This document shows positions 30,055 through 32,000 of a stretch of 32,000 bases of DNA, in pieces. Below the pieces are notes generated by a model. That model saw only the letters and a program-made list of their open reading frames with translations. It was not told the origin of the DNA and ran no database searches. This DNA comes from Horticoccus luteus (GTDB lineage: Bacteria; Verrucomicrobiota; Verrucomicrobiia; Opitutales; Opitutaceae), in assembly GCF_019464535.1 (NCBI RefSeq), contig NZ_CP080507.1, forward strand, positions 3,690,001-3,722,000, in the 5' to 3' direction. A program made the position numbers and the translations under genes. The number at the start of each line of letters is the position of its first letter. Position 1 is the stretch's first letter.

Positions 30055-30109
30055 GCAACACGGGGCGCGGGTTGCAATAATATAATAAGTTGGTCCCTGG
30101 TCCTTATAC

Positions 30110-30412
30110 TCATCGCGTGCAGAGGGGCGGCGCCCGGGCCTGCCGCGGCAGCGTGCCCACGCGCACGAGCGTGAAGCGTTCGCAGTGCGGGCAGCGCAAG
30201 TGCCAGCGCGGCGCCTCCGGCGGCGGTTCCGCGAGCACGATCGGCTTTCGCAGCACCGTCTCCACCATCATCCGGCGGCCCTGCGCCGCCGGGTACAGCC
30301 AGCCGAAGTAACGCACGCGATGCTGGCCGGCCGGCGGCACGTGCTGCAAATACCGCCGCAGGAACTCTTCGGCGCCGAGCACGCAGCGTTTCCGCTGCCG
30401 CCTGCGGGTGTC
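30110..30412 (-). pseudogene. IS91-family (Y2 HUH) transposase C-terminal fragment
   Basis: EEFLRRYLQHVPPAGQHRVRYFGWL ... CPHCERF matches the conserved C-terminal EFIRRFLLHVLP.GF.RIRHYG ... CP.C region of IS91-family transposases. The frame is cut by a stop at 30419-30421, inside the motif GGTTCAACAAG (30416-30426). Confidence 0.6.
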
Positions 30413-30530
30413 CGTGGTTCAACAAGTGTCCAGAGCCAATGTTGGGGCTGCGCCTCGCCAAGGCGCGTCTTTAACGCCTAGCCGCAAAGCCTCTTGCTCC
30501 GATGCCCGATTGGCCTATCGTTCCGTCACC

Positions 30531-30746
30531 ATGAGCATCGTTGAGTTACGTAAGCTTCCTGCCGAAGAGAAGTTGAGGATCATCGAAGCGTTGTGGGGCG
30601 ATGTTGCCGCAGATGACGAAGCGTTTCAGAGCCCGGCGTGGCACGAAGCTGAATTGCGGAAGACGGAGGTCGATCTGGCTGCTGGTCGGATTGAGATTCT
30701 GGATTGGGAAGATGCGAAGAAAGAGCTGCGGAAACGTGTCGAATGA
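30531..30746 (+). CDS. Type II antitoxin, putative addiction-module component family
   Basis: MSIVELRKLPAEEKLRIIEALWGDV ... AWHEAELRKTEVDLAAGR ... WEDAKKELRK matches the recalled pattern of the putative addiction-module component antitoxin family (TIGR02574, accession from memory). ATGA overlap with the toxin gene. Confidence 0.7.
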   Translation: MSIVELRKLPAEEKLRIIEALWGDVAADDEAFQSPAWHEAELRKTEVDLAAGRIEILDWEDAKKELRKRVE

Positions 30747-31048
30747 GAGTTCGAGTTCTCCGGCCAGCGCTCGAGGATATTGCGAGCGGCCGTCAGTTCT
30801 ACGACGCGCGCGCTCTCGGTGTTGGCGATTACTTTTTCGACAGCATCTTTTCGGAGATTGATTCGCTCGTGCTCTACGCCGGAACCCATCGTATTTGTTT
30901 CGGCTTTCAACGCCTTCTGGCGAGGCGTTTTCCGTTTGCGATTTATTACCGAGTGACTGCCGGCGAGGCTGTGGTTTTCCGTGTTCTGGATTGTCGGCGA
31001 GATCCGAACTGGATTCGCAGCGCGCTTGAGAAAAAGGCCGAACTCTGA
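30743..31048 (+). CDS. Type II toxin, ParE/RelE family
   Basis: MRVRVLRPALEDIASGRQFY ... RFPFAIYYRVTAGEAVVFRVLDCRRDP is the typical ParE/RelE core. The stop lies inside the island motif. Confidence 0.7.
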   Translation: MRVRVLRPALEDIASGRQFYDARALGVGDYFFDSIFSEIDSLVLYAGTHRICFGFQRLLARRFPFAIYYRVTAGEAVVFRVLDCRRDPNWIRSALEKKAEL

Positions 31049-31304
31049 GCGTCCTGCTGCGCCGTAGCGCGCAGCAGGATACGGGTTGAACAAGCCCGTT
31101 TCGAAGGCAGCGGCAGCGTCGTCCGCCGCTTTTGCGTTTTGTAGTGGCCGCCAACTGTCGGCGGACGCAGCGCCGGGCGGCGACCGCATTCGCCGGTCGC
31201 GGGCGCGCGTGCCGGTGGCGTCCGTTTTCGTCCGCCGAGAGGGCGTCCGCCGCCCGTCGCCGGGGTCGCGAGCCTTGCGTCCGTCGCGGCCAAGGCTGCC
31301 GCCG
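31032..31304. repeat. Copy 3 of island repeat: attC-like hairpin site (31037-31091, perfect 11-bp stem) plus GC-rich module
   Basis: Aligns with copies 1 and 2. Stem tcctgctgcgc (31052-31062) / gcgcagcagga (31069-31079). GGTTGAACAAG at 31084-31094. Confidence 0.8.
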
Positions 31305-31484
31305 AGAAAGCTAAACCGTAGTAACCTGACTTCCGAAACTCAAAGGCGAGTTGGGTAAGAACACTCGTCCTGCGGTAAAATGACGGGCGCGTTGGCCGAA
31401 TCGGTTGGGAGGCGTAACGTGAGCGCAGAGTGTTTGACGCGCCTCGGGCGTTCTTCCGAACCGCGCACCTTCCTTTCCAAAGCC

Positions 31485-31736
31485 GTGAAAAAGTCATTCA
31501 AAGTTGGCGACCATGTCTCGTGGAATTCCGAGGCCGGTCGGGTGCGGGGCGTGATCAAAAAACGGGTCACTGCCCCGATGGCCTTCAAAGGTTATACCGT
31601 GCGCGCTTCCGCCGACGAGCCGCAGTATTTGATCGCGAGCGACAAGACGGATCACCTCGCGATGCACAAGGGCGCCGCATTGCGCAAACTCGCTGCCCAA
31701 CGAAAGACGACCCATGGCCGCTCCTCGCGAACCTAA
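31485..31736 (+). CDS. DUF2945-like (hypervirulence-associated Tudor-like) small protein
   Basis: From GTG 31485: KKSFKVGDHVSWNSEAGRVRGVIKKRVT ... YTVRASADEPQYLIASDKTDHLAMHKGAALRKL matches the DUF2945 pattern. The track's upstream extension from 31380 is unlikely to be coding. Confidence 0.55.
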   Translation: MKKSFKVGDHVSWNSEAGRVRGVIKKRVTAPMAFKGYTVRASADEPQYLIASDKTDHLAMHKGAALRKLAAQRKTTHGRSSRT

Positions 31737-32000
31737 AGCGAAAGCACGGGCGCGAGAATCGAAGTCCATCGCGGCCGTGGACCCCGTCACCGTTCGGCCC
31801 GACGTCTACACGATCGGCCATTCCATCCGTGCCATCGACGAATTCATCTCACTGCTCCAAGCGCATGGCGTCACTTGCCTCGTCGACATTCGCACGGTGC
31901 CGCGCTCGCGGCACAACCCCCAGTTCAACCGCGACACCCTGCCCCTTTCGCTGACCGAAGCGCACATCGGCTATCGGCACTGCCCCGCGCTCGGCGGACT
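31714..32000 (+). CDS. DUF488 family protein (3' end beyond window; open ORF not in track)
   Basis: My translation from ATG 31714: MAAPREPKAKA...VYTIGHSIRAIDEFISLLQAHGVTCLVDIRTVPRSRHNPQFNRDTL...IGYRHCPALGG. This matches DUF488 conserved blocks (TIGHS, LVDVR..P.SR.NP.FN, LGG). Confidence 0.65.
   Translation, partial: MAAPREPKAKARARESKSIAAVDPVTVRPDVYTIGHSIRAIDEFISLLQAHGVTCLVDIRTVPRSRHNPQFNRDTLPLSLTEAHIGYRHCPALGG

Noticed and set aside
27084-31304. The three dispersed repeats as a CRISPR array
   Set aside because: The repeat units are 240-275 bp, not 25-40 bp. Spacing is 1.0-2.5 kb and contains genes, and there are no cas genes.
31380-31484. N-terminal 35 aa extension of the DUF2945-like ORF
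   Set aside because: As I recall, DUF2945 proteins are about 70-80 aa and begin near the KKFKVGD motif. The extension lies in the repeat-flanking junk, so the GTG at 31485 is preferred.

Overview
High-GC (about 65-70%) chromosomal segment, probably Verrucomicrobia/Opitutaceae-like (PEP-CTERM sorting signal, gene content). Positions 1-26113 are mostly ordinary core genes. They include hisC, a HAD hydrolase, a DUF5069 protein, a GH1 beta-glucosidase, DUF1684 and a rhomboid protease. There is also a four-gene oxidoreductase/HpcH-aldolase/SDR/SDR operon and a ParA-like ATPase followed by two uncharacterised partner genes. The rest is a GT2 / GT-C glycosyltransferase pair plus an epimerase, a choice-of-anchor-A PEP-CTERM protein, a secreted TPR protein and two divergent FAD oxidoreductase paralogues, one fused to a Rieske domain. 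Many long ORFs in the track are antisense shadow ORFs typical of high-GC DNA, and I rejected them. From about 26.1 to 31.4 kb the composition drops and the organisation changes to a mosaic accessory island. It carries small plus-strand cassette-like genes: a 2-TM peptide, an unknown 126 aa protein, an SseB-like protein, three lipoproteins and a ParE/RelE toxin-antitoxin pair. These are interleaved with decayed mobile-element pieces (IS91-family transposase C-terminus, tyrosine recombinase N-terminus, IS110-family transposase N-terminus). Two repeat families are present. The most interesting signal is a conserved 55-69 bp imperfect hairpin with integron attC-like RYYYAAC...GTTRRRY boundaries. 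It sits at the 3' end of three cassettes, shows compensatory stem changes between copies, and is each time fused to a 220-270 bp GC-rich hairpin-rich module. No rRNA, tRNA or CRISPR array was seen. All family assignments come from motif recognition by eye and need a homology search to confirm.
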